NCBI GenBank assembly: GCA_046563655.1
Contig: CM102286.1
Span: forward strand, 4,464,001-4,528,000
Source of the DNA: Yuukianura sp. NJ FZ-2021
Lineage: Eukaryota
Length of the DNA: 64,000 nucleotides
Direction: 5' to 3'
The notes under the pieces were generated by a model. It made no database searches. It saw nothing but the letters and a program-made list of their open reading frames with translations, and was not told the DNA's origin. The translations under genes were made by a program, and so were the position numbers. Positions 51,500 to 64,000 of this stretch are shown here, piece by piece. Position 1 is the first letter of the stretch, and each line of letters opens with the position of its first letter.

Positions 51500-51600
51500 A
51501 AAGTGAGAGTGAGAGTGAGAGTGATCATCTGGTATATTTTGATTATGATTGGCGCCTGAGTCAATTCCAGCGTCCTGATTGGTCCAGTTGACGTCATTCC
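51500..51600. promoter_or_regulatory. Likely shared promoter between Atg14 (-) and PP2C (+): GAGAGT repeat, two CCAAT boxes, AP-1 site and CRE
   Basis: ATTGG at 51548-51552 and 51578-51582, TGAGTCA at 51557-51563 and TGACGTCA at 51589-51596, lying between two divergently transcribed genes. Confidence 0.5.
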
Positions 51601-52751
51601 TCCGTCTGACTCTCGTTTTCCTCCTCTGCACTGAAGTGCATGTATCCATTGATCAAAGACAAAACCCCTCCAACAACCTCCTCCATTCAACATCTCCATC
51701 TCACCTCTTCAAAGAAAGTGAACTTCAGTCAATCACCTTCACCTTACTCCGAGATCTCAAGGAACTACACAGTTAACAAAACCATTAATCAAGGTAAACC
51801 ACAAGGCCGAGTAATCGTCAGGGCAAAGGTCAAGTCAGGAGAGGAAAGGGAACAGTTGTCGGGAACTCCAGATCAAAACAGTCCTGCACAGTAATCGCTG
51901 ATTAAAATCGATCTCCCCGTAAGTCACCACCTTTGCTGACTGGACCGGACCGTCTTGGAGAGATCGTTCTTTTTAATCACTGTAAACCGTCATGTCATCG
52001 ATCAACTCGAGCTGAATCTGCTGTTATTACTTGTAGTGTAAAAGGTAAGTTGGATTTGGAACATTTATGGTTTAGTAGTAACAAGTACGGGTCGCACTTG
52101 TACGACAATAAATATGCCGGACAAATCTCCTTTTGGTATCGGTTGACGGTTGAGTTTGCATGCCAGAGTTCGCATGCAACATACAAAGTGGAATAATTGC
52201 AGAAATGAAATTTTCACTGAAATAAAACGCAAAAATAGGCAATGCAAATTTTGCATTTGTTTTAATTTTTTTTTCATTTTCTTCAGCTACAAGCAATGCA
52301 AAAAACGCATAGTGCAAAATTTCTAACTCTGTAACCAAAGGACTTCACTGCCAGCATTATTTTTTTTTCTCGTTTACCGAAGTTTTGACTGATATGACGA
52401 CCGGCTAATTAGTATGTTTGTTTTATCATTACATTAGTCGCATGACTATGACTGGGAATAGAGTTACTTTTTGCCCTCACTTTCTAAGGTTCATCCCGAA
52501 CCTTACAACAACGTTTCCAGACCAGATCATTCAGTTAAAGAGAAGTTGACCAAACTACTGGTAAAGTGCAAAATATCGCTCGATTAATGGTTCGGATCAA
52601 AATTTGCTGGTAATCCTTGATCGTGTGATCGTAAAGGCTAAAAACATCGTTACAGAGAGCTTTGGTTTTGTTTTATCCACTACTTCAATACTCCAGATAG
52701 TTTCCTAATTAATGAATTTTGTTATAATTTTTTAGCAATAGTGGAAGCGAA

Positions 52752-54701
52752 ATGGGGGCATTACTCGACAAACCAAAAACCGACAAATATAATGAGCACG
52801 GTGACTGGAATGGCTTACGATACGGACTGGCCAGTATGCAAGGATGGCGAATTGAAATGGAAGATGCACATTGTGCCGTGATGGGGTTGCCTGGTCAGCT
52901 CAAGGATTGGGCATTCTTCGCTGTGTTTGATGGACATGCCGGTAATAAGAATAATTACATCATTGGTCGTTCTGTTCTACTGTTTCAGTTTACGATCTGT
53001 TTGCATTACAGCTGGAAAACAGTTAATTCACAACATTTTTTTATTTTTTACAGGGGAGCGGGTCTCCTCACACTGTGCTGAAAACTTACTTGAGACTATA
53101 ATTAACACAGAGCAGTTTTCCAAATGCGCTGGACAAGAAGACGTCTCAATTGACGATATAAAGAGAGGAATTCGTGATGGTAGGTTATTAGCTTTCGTCT
53201 ACAGATTAATTAGTCTTGGATAAGCTTGCTGAGGCACTTAAACTTGGTTTTTTGTTGTACGCAGGGTTCTTACTTTTGGATGACAAAATGAGAAAAATTC
53301 CAGAAATGGCAAGTGGGGAAGACAAGAGTGGTTCGACCGCTGTTTGTGTCCTCATTTCTCCATCGCACATGTACGTTGCAAATTGTGGAGACTCCCGTGG
53401 CGTCATATGCCGCGATGCTGGAGTCAGCTTTTCTACTCTTGATCATAAACCTGTCAATCCGGCAGAGAAAGAACGCATTCAAAATGCCGGCGGAAGTGTC
53501 ATGATCCAACGGTAAGTCTTTACTTGCACTGTTCTAATGAACCTAAACTTAATCCGAAAACGCTATACTTTCACTCTGTTTTAGGGTGAACGGATCTCTG
53601 GCCGTTTCACGAGCTCTTGGTGACTATGAGTATAAAAATGTGGAGGGAAAGGGCCAGTGCGAGCAATTGGTTTCACCGGAACCTGAAATTTCTGTAGAGC
53701 AAAGAAACGAAAAACAAGACGAGTTTTTAATACTTGCTTGTGATGGAGTTTGGGACGTGATGTAAGTTCTATTTATACTAGCAATTGCTATTCTAAAATC
53801 TAATGTCGTAATCGTACATGTATTTTACCTACTATTTTTTATCCATATTTCGTAGGTCGAATGAGGATCTCGTTGAATTTGTTCGTTCTCGACTACTTGT
53901 TACCGACAATTTAGAAGGAATTTGCAATCAAGTGATTGACACATGTCTTTACAAGGTATTTGACCGTGAAACTGTAAAATTTTTAGAGTAAAACCTCATT
54001 GCAACTCTTGACTCTACTCTCCCGACTTCGGGATAAGCAATGAGCGGTCCTACTGTATTCGTATTTTGCTAATACTTCCAAGAAACAATCTTGATTTTAA
54101 ATCAATTCATTTTGTTTTATATTTTCTTAGGGGAGTCGGGATAATATGTCATGCATGTAAGTAAGTCTTACTTATTTCGCAAATCGAATCTATTGAACCT
54201 GTTTAACTAATTACTATTTTTCCTATAGATTAGTGACATTTCCGGCGTGCCCTCCTCCGAATGAAGCTGCTATGGAGCTCGTAAATTGGATATTTTATCT
54301 TGCTTTCTTGAATTTTGAGAATTTCCTGGTAAATAAAAAATTGGATTTTCTAGGAAGCAGCACTCGATACGACACTTAGAAACAGAGTGGCAGAACTTCT
54401 TGCGGAGTCGGACGGAACGATTGAGCTTCCACATATCCTTCAACAATTGAGTGAAGAGAACATACCCAATCTACCTCCTGGTGGCGGACTTTCTTCCAAG
54501 TATGCAGATCTAATTTTGAAAGTAGGATTAGGATATTTTTAATTTTTAACTTACTTTGCACTTTTCTAGGCGCACGTTCGTTGAGGAAGTGTACAAATCC
54601 TTGTCTGCTTCTACAAATCATTCTGAAGTAAGTTTCACCAGCAGCTTTTAACACTTTTAGCATTATAAAAAGAATCTGTGTCTTTTCAGGGTGATACATA
54701 A
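52752..54701 (+). CDS. alph: Protein phosphatase 2C, PPM1A/PPM1B type (alphabet ortholog)
   Basis: [120 protein letters not shown]; stop inferred at 54699-54701. Confidence 0.93.
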
Positions 54702-57341
54702 TTGGACGAAGGCGGACGGCAGCGATGTACTCGTATGTCACAGCAAACAAATGTGGATTGAGCAACAACAAGGAAAATATAGTGACTTTGTAAGAAACTT
54801 TTAGCACACGGGATGAAACTTTTAGTATTTAAATCATGGAACAATTTTAGGCGGAAGTGTATTCACATAATCCTAAGTGGAGGTAGAATTTCGTCAAAAA
54901 AGTTTATGTCTGCCTCATATGTGTCGCCACATTTAATCGAAGTGAAAAAATCCAACTGAAAAATGAGAAGTTCCAACCTGCCAAAAGTCTGATTCTTAAA
55001 TATATTGTCGTGATTTCCCATTGACGAAAAACAAACTTCTTCTCCCTAAATTAGCTACCTCCCTGCATGTCTTTGGCTTTTTAACGTTACCCTCTTAAAT
55101 TTGTTTTTTTTTTGAAAAAGAAATCCTTCCGATTTGCTTCTGTTTATTTCTGTGTTCCCTCCCTACAAAATGCACTAAAATCTAAAATTGAAAAGAACAA
55201 GATTATGTTTCCAACGGTTGAGAAAAGAGATGTGTTAATGCCCATAGTTCATTGTTGCGAATGATGGACATAGACTTTAATGGTAGTTGAATTTTGTTGT
55301 TTTGTTTTAAAAAATTCTTGTGTACATAAAGTGTTAAGGTTATTAAGTGTTTGGAGACACTGCATCACAAAAAGTGTAGATTTTTTGAAATTAAGAGTAA
55401 TATGGTTACGAGCAGTGACATTTAAGCTAGAGTGTAAATTAATTTTTTATTGTTAGGTTATTCATATAAGCACCTCCGTTTATTCCCAAAAGTTAAGTTC
55501 CGGAGTGACTAAACAATTCACTTAAATTGAATAACAACGGATAACTACTAAAAAATCAGTTGGGCCACAAGTTTTTATGCTAGAGGAAATTTCTTGTTTG
55601 CTTTGTTACAAATTTGTTATTTGCTGCCTAAATTGTTACGTACAATTCCATTATCGGCTTGTTATGTTCTTATACCGAAGTAAACTAAGGTGTTAATTGT
55701 TGCAGTTTCCAAGTTACATGAAGTTACTGCTCTATCCGACTTTTAATTATTTTAAATATAAGTGAAATCAGCGGCGATAGTGAAAGATGCTGGAAATAAA
55801 TGAAAATCAAACCATTTAGAAATTTTGCCACTTTTTGACAGTCTTATTAGCTTTATTTTGAATATCTTCACTGTCAAAAAAAGCGGAAGTTAAAAAAAAT
55901 TGTCGAAAAACGATTGCAATGTCCTACTAGAAGCAAAAGCCAAGAAAATTTGTCAAAAATTTTTCAAGGAAATCCAAAAATTCTAAGCCCGGTTTGACCT
56001 GCCACAGAAATTGGTTCTTTCTTTTCTGTGTTTCATAATTTGGAGGTTATTTTTGCAAAGACTGCGATCCAACAATTATATCTTTCGAAAATTCCTCCGT
56101 TTGCCTCACTTTCTTTTTTTTCTTTATTCGAAAACGAGGTTTTACAATTTTTCTGCTTTCGTTGTAAAAAGAAGTGTAAGTTTATTGCGTGTTTTGCTAC
56201 TTTTAAAAACTTTTTCCGTTTCCTTTTGTATCTACTGTGAAAAATTTATTTTGGATCCGAACGCAGAAAACAAACACGTGAATTACATTACTACCGCACA
56301 AAATACAGATCAAATAGGCAAGGTCTTAAACTTAAAAGAGGTTTTGACCATACTGATTTTTTGTTCTTCGTTTTCCTTGAGGATTCAATGCACCTTTCTT
56401 TTTTTTTAGTCTAAAATTCAACCCCTTCTTGTCTGTCACAGTTTCATCCCCTCCAGTCATTATTCCTCGGGGTGAAAATTCCAATTTTTCATGGACGGAA
56501 GGAACGGAAGAAGACAACGCCTTATTTGTCTTTCTTCGTTTCCTTCTTACAGTAACGTTGAATACATTTTATTTAATGCAACACCACTACTGAAAATTTT
56601 GAGTATAACTTTGTCTTTGTATAAATCCGTTTCGATTTTATTTTCAGGTTCAAAAAGTTTCAGCACGAAAAAATTGGCAGCTAGTCTGCTGTCCGCTAAA
56701 TAAAATTGAGCCAATTTTTCCAGTATTTTTTTTCAATAAATTTTTCACGCATGTTTTGACCAGTACACAGAAATGGAGAGTTTCGATTCGAGACTCACGC
56801 AATATTTCCTTTAAAATTAGTTTAGGCATAGAGGGTTGTACGTTAGGTCGTCGGTTCGTGTAGTATCTTGCCACAATACAATGGGTTCTTGAACATCAAG
56901 TACAATGGAGTTGTACAGCATAATGCTGTAAGCATTTGAACCTAACCCAGGCCTTTTGTTATGATTGCGTTGGTTGTGTGGTGGTAGTGCGTTCGGGGAT
57001 TCAGGAATCACCTCTTACTTTTCATTCCTAGGCAGGAGCCAGAGGCAAAGGATGGCAGTTCTACCGTAAGCCTCCCGATGGCCACTTACCTCCACTCCAA
57101 AAACAATAGCCACTTCCATTTTGACGTAGGAATTCTTCACCTTAATCAACGGAACACAGGTTCAATTTCAGTTCCTTCCTGGACAAAGTTTATAAGTTGA
57201 CAATTGAGAGAAAGTGCGTGAGAGTGAAAGTTTCGACAAATTTCGGTTTTAAGTCTTCTAATGAAATGAAATGACCTTAAGGTTTTACTTGCCCTGGAAC
57301 AGTTTAGTGCTTGTAGGGTTTCAAAATTTTAAAATTTGGCA

Positions 57342-60300
57342 ATGGCACTCAAACGTGTCAAGTTGCCGCCAGTGACTTTTGAAGTAAGTGGGTGTCAGCG
57401 ACAGCGAAACAGAATAAATCCAATTGCTGTGTTATGTCATGTGAGCATTATTTTGTGGTTTGCGTTTGCGTGGTGTCCGGAAGTCGTAGGGCAGCGAGGC
57501 CTTGGCGGTTCCATTGTTGTGCCAATGACGCTTGACCGCCAAGATGCTCCATACCTCGTTATTGACGACATTGTGGTTGAAGAAACAGGAGAACTTACGA
57601 TTCGACCTGGGGTCAAATTGCACTTTGCTCCTACCGTGGGAATTACAGTTTTTGGACGCTTAATTGCCGAGGTAAAACTTCAATCTTAAAAAACATTTTT
57701 CACTTAAATTTTACTGAAACTACAATAGTAAGCGTGGGAAAAGTGATTCACTGGTTTCCGCTAAGGCCGTTTTTTGTTACTTTTTTTGTAATCAACGCTC
57801 TTGACCCGATTTCCGCAAAAATGTTTCATTCGGTGCTCCAAATTCGGAGTTAAGGGCAGATTAGATACCCGGAGTGTCCGAATTCGGTTTTTAAATAAAA
57901 ATGAATGGAGAGTTTGCGGGAAGTGAACGGGTGATTTAAACGTTAAACGTAAACACTGCGTTCATTGTTCTTTTCCTGTCGCTGATAAGTTTTTTTGGTG
58001 AACAAAAAAGCACCGTTCCATTTGAAAGTGATGTTCAAAAGTACTCAATCTGCGCGTCTGAAGTCATTCCATGAAACAAAATAGAAACAATTGATTAGAT
58101 ACGGTTAAATGTCTCATCTCAACTGTAATGTAACTTGACACGTTCGTCACGAAGTGAATTGTCTCGTTCGTCACGATTGAAATTTTGAATTGGTATTTGC
58201 AATTTTTTAAGTCCATAAATAAGAACGTAATAAGGCTTCAACAAAGATGAAAGTAATTGAGTCAATTGTTTCATAAATTGAATGTTGCGAAACTTTCACT
58301 CAATATGTTTCGCTGCTCATCATCATGCTCAAGATTCTGCAAAATAACATTCCATGCGAAAATTGTGTTTCGCAAGATCCTTTTATTGTTAAAAACAAAA
58401 ACTAGTTTTGGTCGTTAGCATATTTTGTGCAAAACAAGATTCAAATTCTTAACAACTCTAGTCATACTCTTCAGCATGTGAAAAAAACACATCTTTTTTT
58501 TTAAAATTCTTTGGATAATTCGTGGAACTGGATTCTAGTGAGCTAAAATTTCATGCTTAAGCAAAGGATTAGTCATTTCAAGAAAGTTTTCACAAAATTC
58601 TGGAGAAAGCACAGTTTGCGTTGTCAGCGATATTGATTTATTCCTTTTCACGTTCCATCTTTTCAGCGTTGGTAACGAAGAAGAAAACTTATTCTCGATT
58701 TTCAAAACAGAAAAGTGCAGTTGGACTCGAATGTATTGATTTATGAACTTTCTCATTCGAAATTGAATTAAAACTGAAAGTCAATTTTCATTGTACAGCG
58801 TCTGCTAATTCAGTTGCCTGCGAGTGACATTTGACGTTATACTTTTCTGCATTTTTGGTGAATGAATTTGTTTTTTAGAATGATGAAGATACAGGTGATG
58901 AGCAGGAGGCATTGTTTCCTGTTTAATCATAAAACTTGTTTCCTGCTCTACTCTTACTACACCGTTAATTCAACAGGCAGTGTTAATCACCCCCTACTAT
59001 AGTATTTTTCGCCTCTTTTAATGAAGAACAAATACACAATACGAAATTGGTTTAGTTTGTGACTAGTCGCTCATTGTCTTTTGAATTTGTCACTTTTCAG
59101 ATGAGTCAGAGGTTGCTCTGCTAAGGTCAACGGGTTAGTTGTAATGTCAAATGTTGTTTGATGACTCACTTTTGAACATTATGGAAGTAGCACGCTCCGC
59201 TGTTAAATTATACACTCCAAAATACTAGGTTAACGTTTTCAAGCTTACAAAGTGACATGAAACGAACCGCAATGCTATAAGTCCTGATGCTGCGACTTTG
59301 AAATTCTAAATTCAAACTGCCTTGAAGACTAAATCTGTGACGCTTGATAAACATACATGTTGCATTTTATTTCAATTTTGAAAATACGTTGAAGTAATTT
59401 TAAGTCAAAGTTTTACTACCTACATGTTTTTCAAAAACTTAAATTGAGTTTTCAAATCAGAAATGGATATCATTAAATATTTCAAATAAATTCCAACATC
59501 TTAGTTTTCTAATAATGTTTTATTGCTTTGCCAAATTCTTCTGTTCCGAAATTTCGGTTTGTGCAAAACTTGATTTTTGAGTTCGATTTCCGTGAGAAGA
59601 GAATGGTCTAAGTACTTCCAGTAAATTCCTAAGCCGCTTGAACTTTGAACGAGCATCTTCAAAATGGCTTTTAGGAAATGACAGAAGGAAATCCTATTAA
59701 AGATTTCTGCTCCACGGAGTTCCAAGTTTTTCTCATGCCAAAAGTACAACGTACTCCCCCCTAAGCGTCTATTGTTTAAGCACGTTACACGTTACGACGA
59801 ATTGTTGAACAAAAAAGTATCACAAAATCCGGTAAATTTTTTTCCGCGCTGGAAATAAATTGCTGTATACAGAGTAACGTGTTTACCGAACTCGTGTATC
59901 GTGTTTGTATAGAAGTTTACTGCATAAAGAATTGTTAAACTGCACAAAAAATCTATGAAAATTCAGCCTGAGAACTCTCCAGTTATAAAGTGGCGACAAA
60001 ATGGAAGTTTGGTTTCAAAAGGGATTGTTATGAACAAAATTTGACAAAAATGGAAACTTCAAACGACAATTCAGGAAACGGTGCTAAAGTAATTAGGAAG
60101 CTGATGGATCGAGCTTGAAAGCCTTTTCACATCTATTTTGCTTTTAAGATGATTGATGACTTAATGGCAGTTTCTAACAATACGGGTATTGTTGTAATTT
60201 CAAAAGTTATTTATGGAATAAACCTTAGAGAATTAAGTGTGAGGAAGTTAAAATTGAGGAAGTTTTTCCAAAAATCACAAAAATTTTGGCAAAGTGGCTC

Positions 60301-62435
60301 ATTAGCCGAATTTGTATTTTTGTTAAACTTGTCAAAGTGTACAATTTCCGCTTTCCAAAAGTAACAATAATGTCCCGTTTTCAAAGTTCATTTTCTCTGC
60401 ATGTACTCCACGCATTATTGTGAAGAAACCAAACTACATGTTGCGTCTGCTTTTTTTCTGGCGACACAGTTTAAAAAAACAATTTTCCGAAAGTGACAAA
60501 TCATGTATTGTTTTGTGGTGAGATTCTGTGTGTAGCTGCTTTTGTGCTGCACACCCAATGATCCAGTTATTTTTGCCACGCAAAGATTCCACTAAAGTCT
60601 GAAACTTCTTTTCCGTCACTGTCGACTGTCGAGTCATCATCTTCTCATCACTTTTTTTTGAAGTTTTTAGCCCACTTTGCTAATAGGATTTCCTACTAAA
60701 GCGTAACAAGGAAGAAAGAAAGTTTACGGAGCGTGATGCGGCACGATTCCATTCTTCTTTTCCCAAATCTAAAAACTGAAACAAAGGCTCAAGCCCAATT
60801 TGAAATTCGCATCCTCTTGACTTTCTTGCAGATCAGAATCCAAAAATATTTGCGCAGGGCATTGCCCAAGAGTAGTTGTTATGTGGGCGTGACTTTTTCA
60901 AGATGATGTAGCAAATTGTACTAAAAAAAAGTTGGACAAAGTTAGTATGCGTTACATTTGTTGCAGAGATTTAAACTTACGTGAGGTACGTCTTCTTTAA
61001 ACACAAATAAATGGAATCTTGAACTTCATGCTTTGCCAAGCACACATCCGCTGGATCTGAATACATTTCCGTGAATTTCAGAATTTCGTCATACAGAAAC
61101 TCAGAAAATCTTCTTTTTTGAAAATAGGGAACTGAGACTGAGCGAATTATTATGACCACTTCGATGAAGACATCATCCCAAGGTACTGGAAGACTGAACC
61201 GAAATCGAAATTACGATGAAGCCAATAATCGAGATACGAGGTTCCACTCTACTGTGGAATATGCTACTGATGCTGACCAAAGTGTTCATCAACTTGAAGA
61301 TTCAAATTCTGGAAATGTCAATCCAACAGCTACTGACAACATGAATGTCATAAGACAACAACGTTCGACTTCTGATGGTCCAGCGGTGAGACTGACCGAA
61401 GGTCCTTCACCTCTTATAGGTCGCCTTCAAATTTATCACAGGGGCCAATGGAGATCTGTTTGTACAAATTCACGCAAGTATGTTAACGTTTTTCACGAAA
61501 AATACAAGAATCCAGTAGTAAAGCAACAGTCCTGAAGTGAAATTTAACTTGTTTCAGCTGGACAGCGGTAGATATGCACACGGTTTGCAAGGAACTTGGC
61601 TTCACAGGCGGAGAGTACTGGACGTGGGTTGATCACTACAACGACACGAAACAAATTTTGTGGGAGAAGCCGAAATGTGTTGGGGTCGAAGGTCATGTCA
61701 AAGAATGTCCCAACTGGTCTGCACGTCAACTTGGCGCTGGAGTGTGCGGTAAGTTTAAAAAAAGTTAAAACACGATTTGTTTTCAAATTTTCTATTTTAA
61801 GTTGACCTTGAAAAAGTTTAGCTGGAAATTTGAAAAGATCGTTACGAATCCGTTAATAGTTCGCTTCCTTCACGAAAAGCAAAATGCGTCGTTTGTTCAC
61901 TCGAGCGTATGACTTTGAGGGTGTTAAACTCTGTCAAAGAAAACATTGATTTGGCAAGTCATAATAATAACAGTATTTGCAGAAATTTATGCAGTGTTTT
62001 GTCAGCAGTTTTCATGCACATCTTAGAATACAATCCATCACTCTGTTCTTTTTAATTCTAATTTTTGTTAAACTTTGTTATTTTTTTCAGATCATCATCC
62101 GAATCTCGGGATTAAATGTGCTCCTTATCACATCTTTCCATCCAACGTGGAAGGGCACTGGCGAGGACTTCGATTTGAAAATTCCCGCCACAGAGAAACT
62201 TATAGCCACGACAACACCCTCAGAGTCAAGGAGTCACTTTCATCTCTCAAGTACGTCGATTTGTTGTACGCAGGCGTCGGAAATGGCTACAACGTCACTT
62301 CAGCCATTGAGACGATTGGAGTTCCACCGTCAATGTCGTTCCTACGCGTTGAATACTCGGCGTTCAACGGCCTCAATGTCACGTACCCGTCGACAAGATC
62401 TGCAATCCGAAATTCAACAATCAGCAACAATGCGG
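57342..62435 (+). CDS. bark: Bark beetle / anakonda tricellular junction protein (SRCR plus beta-helix repeats), 5' exons; continues beyond the window
   Basis: Signal peptide; PYLVIDDIVVEETGELTIRPGVKLHFAPTVGITVFGRLIAEG; SRCR domain VRLTEGPSPLIGRLQIYHRGQWRSVCTNSRNWT...CKELGF...WSARQLGAGVCDHHPNLGIKC; HWRGLRFEN; SSLKYVDLLYAG. Confidence 0.87.
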
Positions 62436-62452
62436 GTAAGGAAAATTTTGAA

Positions 62453-62927
62453 TGAAAGGGTGCCAACCGGACCCACCTTGGTCCAGTGTAGCAACCCTCC
62501 CGTAACCTCGGCAGTGACTCAAAGAAGGTGAAAGACGTGACCCTGGAATGCGTGCGACGATGAGTTTATTGCGCTGTTCGCCCTAAGGGTCCCTCTGGAC
62601 CTCGGTGTTGGATACCAGGACTCGTCCACTCTTCAGCTCCTCCATCATGGTGGAAGATCTGGAGAGGAGACCTACTGACTCTCGGCTACTCTCCTGCTTG
62701 ACTCTCTCCCTATCTACTAACTGCCCCGCTCTCCCGCACTCCTCTGCTACTTAAGCTTTCTCTCATGGTCAGGAATGTGACCATGAGAGGAAGCTGCCAA
62801 ACCCAAAAGTAGCTCCTCTCACTCGGCCAACATAGGCTCGTGTGCAAAACCTTGAGTCAGTGTGCCAAATCTATGTGGGTAGTGAGGACAGGGTTCCGTG
62901 GGCTAACCACGGGATCCTGACCTCACA
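62453..62927 (-). mobile_element. 3' LTR (about 475 bp) of an LTR retrotransposon inserted antisense, 17 bp into a bark beetle intron
   Basis: Abrupt rise in GC. On the minus strand it runs TGTGAGG...CCTTTCA (TG...CA with an imperfect terminal inverted repeat), is immediately preceded by the polypurine tract GGCGGGAGGAA (62928-62938), and has an internal AATAAA (62565-62570). Confidence 0.75.
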
Positions 62928-63211
62928 TTCCTCCCGCCAACACCGAATTCCTGGAAGGAATTCCCTTTCTTTACACAGCCTCAATGTTAGTTGTTAGCAA
63001 TGTATCCTATACTCAAAGTCACACATTTTTTGTTTTGATGCACACGACATGAAATAGCTATATAGTATTCTGATAACAATGTCTTATCGGATCTTATGCA
63101 GGAGTTGCTGCTAACATTGTGTTAATTACATACATATACATTACTAATAAATACACTAAACATCTATACATGACTACTTGTCGTTCGTATTTTTGTGTTT
63201 CTGTATTGCTT

Positions 63212-64000
63212 TTACGGGTCACACATATCTACATATACGCCAGGAAGGGTAGCATTAGTTGAAACAGAGGTAGCAATTTGCGTTACTTCGTAAAACTCAG
63301 TATTAATTGGGATGAAATCTCCAGTATGAGTGAGCGTCCAATCATCGTTGTCCGTATCTCGTGTAGCCGATTTGTTCCACAGAAGTAAGGTCGAAAGAGG
63401 GTAGTAACAACAATTTCGAGATGGGGGCAGAAAATCATAGGTTAGATTCAAATGTACGACGAGGTCACATGTTTTTTCTTGGGTATAGAACGTATAACTG
63501 TCTCCCCATACTAAATATGAATTAATTAATTCACAATGTCCAGGGCAAGCCGTAATAGGCTCTAAATTGTTAACATGAATAAACTTTTTCCTATTATAAG
63601 TTCCTTTATGCACACGAATAATTAGTTACAGAGCTGTAGGACGTGCCGGTCGAGAAATAGTAGGCGAATGTTCGATGTTGAGTTCCATAGATGGTGTCAT
63701 TGAGTTTTCGTAAGACACTGTCATCTGTACTTCGGAAGGGACTAACCAATCTATGGCATTCTGGGAAAGGGACCCGGCTCCGAGTCGTGTAGTACGTGTG
63801 TCCTGTGTGACCAAAGAAATAAACTGTTTTAGATTCGTATGAGATTTCCTTGATACATTCAAATGCCATGAAGATGTCGCCTGATGAAGATCAGTGGTAA
63901 AATTAAGGCATCAGTGGGATGAGTGGTACTACAATATTCATCGGGTTTGGTCAGTTGATAGGGCACTCCATGGTCCAGTGTGAGTTCTGCGCTGTAATGC
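63212..64000 (-). pseudogene. Frameshifted, Cys-rich glycoprotein (env-like) remnant of the LTR element; continues beyond the window
   Basis: Intronless reading-frame fragments (GVPYQLTKPDEYC / AFECIKEISYESKTVYFFG...ECHRLV...NDTIYGT...VTNYS / ...CPGHC...LVW...KTCDL) with several N-X-S/T sequons, lying upstream of the PPT in the element's orientation and broken by at least two frameshifts. Confidence 0.55.

Noticed and set aside
54800..61100. Numerous 60-130 aa ORFs in the PP2C 3' region and the large bark intron
   Set aside because: AT-rich, Phe/Lys/Leu-biased translations without motifs or consistent splice context; only the bark exon at 57342-57671 is supported.

Overview
AT-rich eukaryotic genomic DNA, densely packed with intron-rich genes (most introns about 55-100 bp, GT-AG). 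The gene content (bark beetle/anakonda, pyrexia/water witch-like TRPA channels, happyhour-type MAP4K) points to an arthropod. The compact architecture resembles a springtail or other small-genome pancrustacean (inference only). Genes in order: 3' end of a myotubularin (+), adenosine kinase (-), two tandem TRPA-family channels with very short ankyrin arrays (+), mitochondrial S18A/mL66 (-), an M1 aminopeptidase lacking HEXXH (-), a strongly divergent Orai (+), MAP4K3-like with two paralogous terminal exons (-), a secreted repeat/low-complexity protein (-), a mini type II membrane collagen (+), ZMYND10 (+), ABCC10/MRP7 (-), DMAC2/ATP5SL-like (+), Atg14 (-), PP2C PPM1A/B (+) and the 5' part of bark beetle (+). 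Mobile DNA includes a 2.15-kb foldback-type element containing a tRNA-like Pol III cassette, several MITE-like hairpins, a duplication that creates a possible in-frame extra LRR exon, and the 3' end of an LTR retroelement with a decayed glycoprotein (env-like) gene in a bark beetle intron. All calls come from manual reading and motif recognition. No database searches were run, and exon boundaries were worked out by hand.
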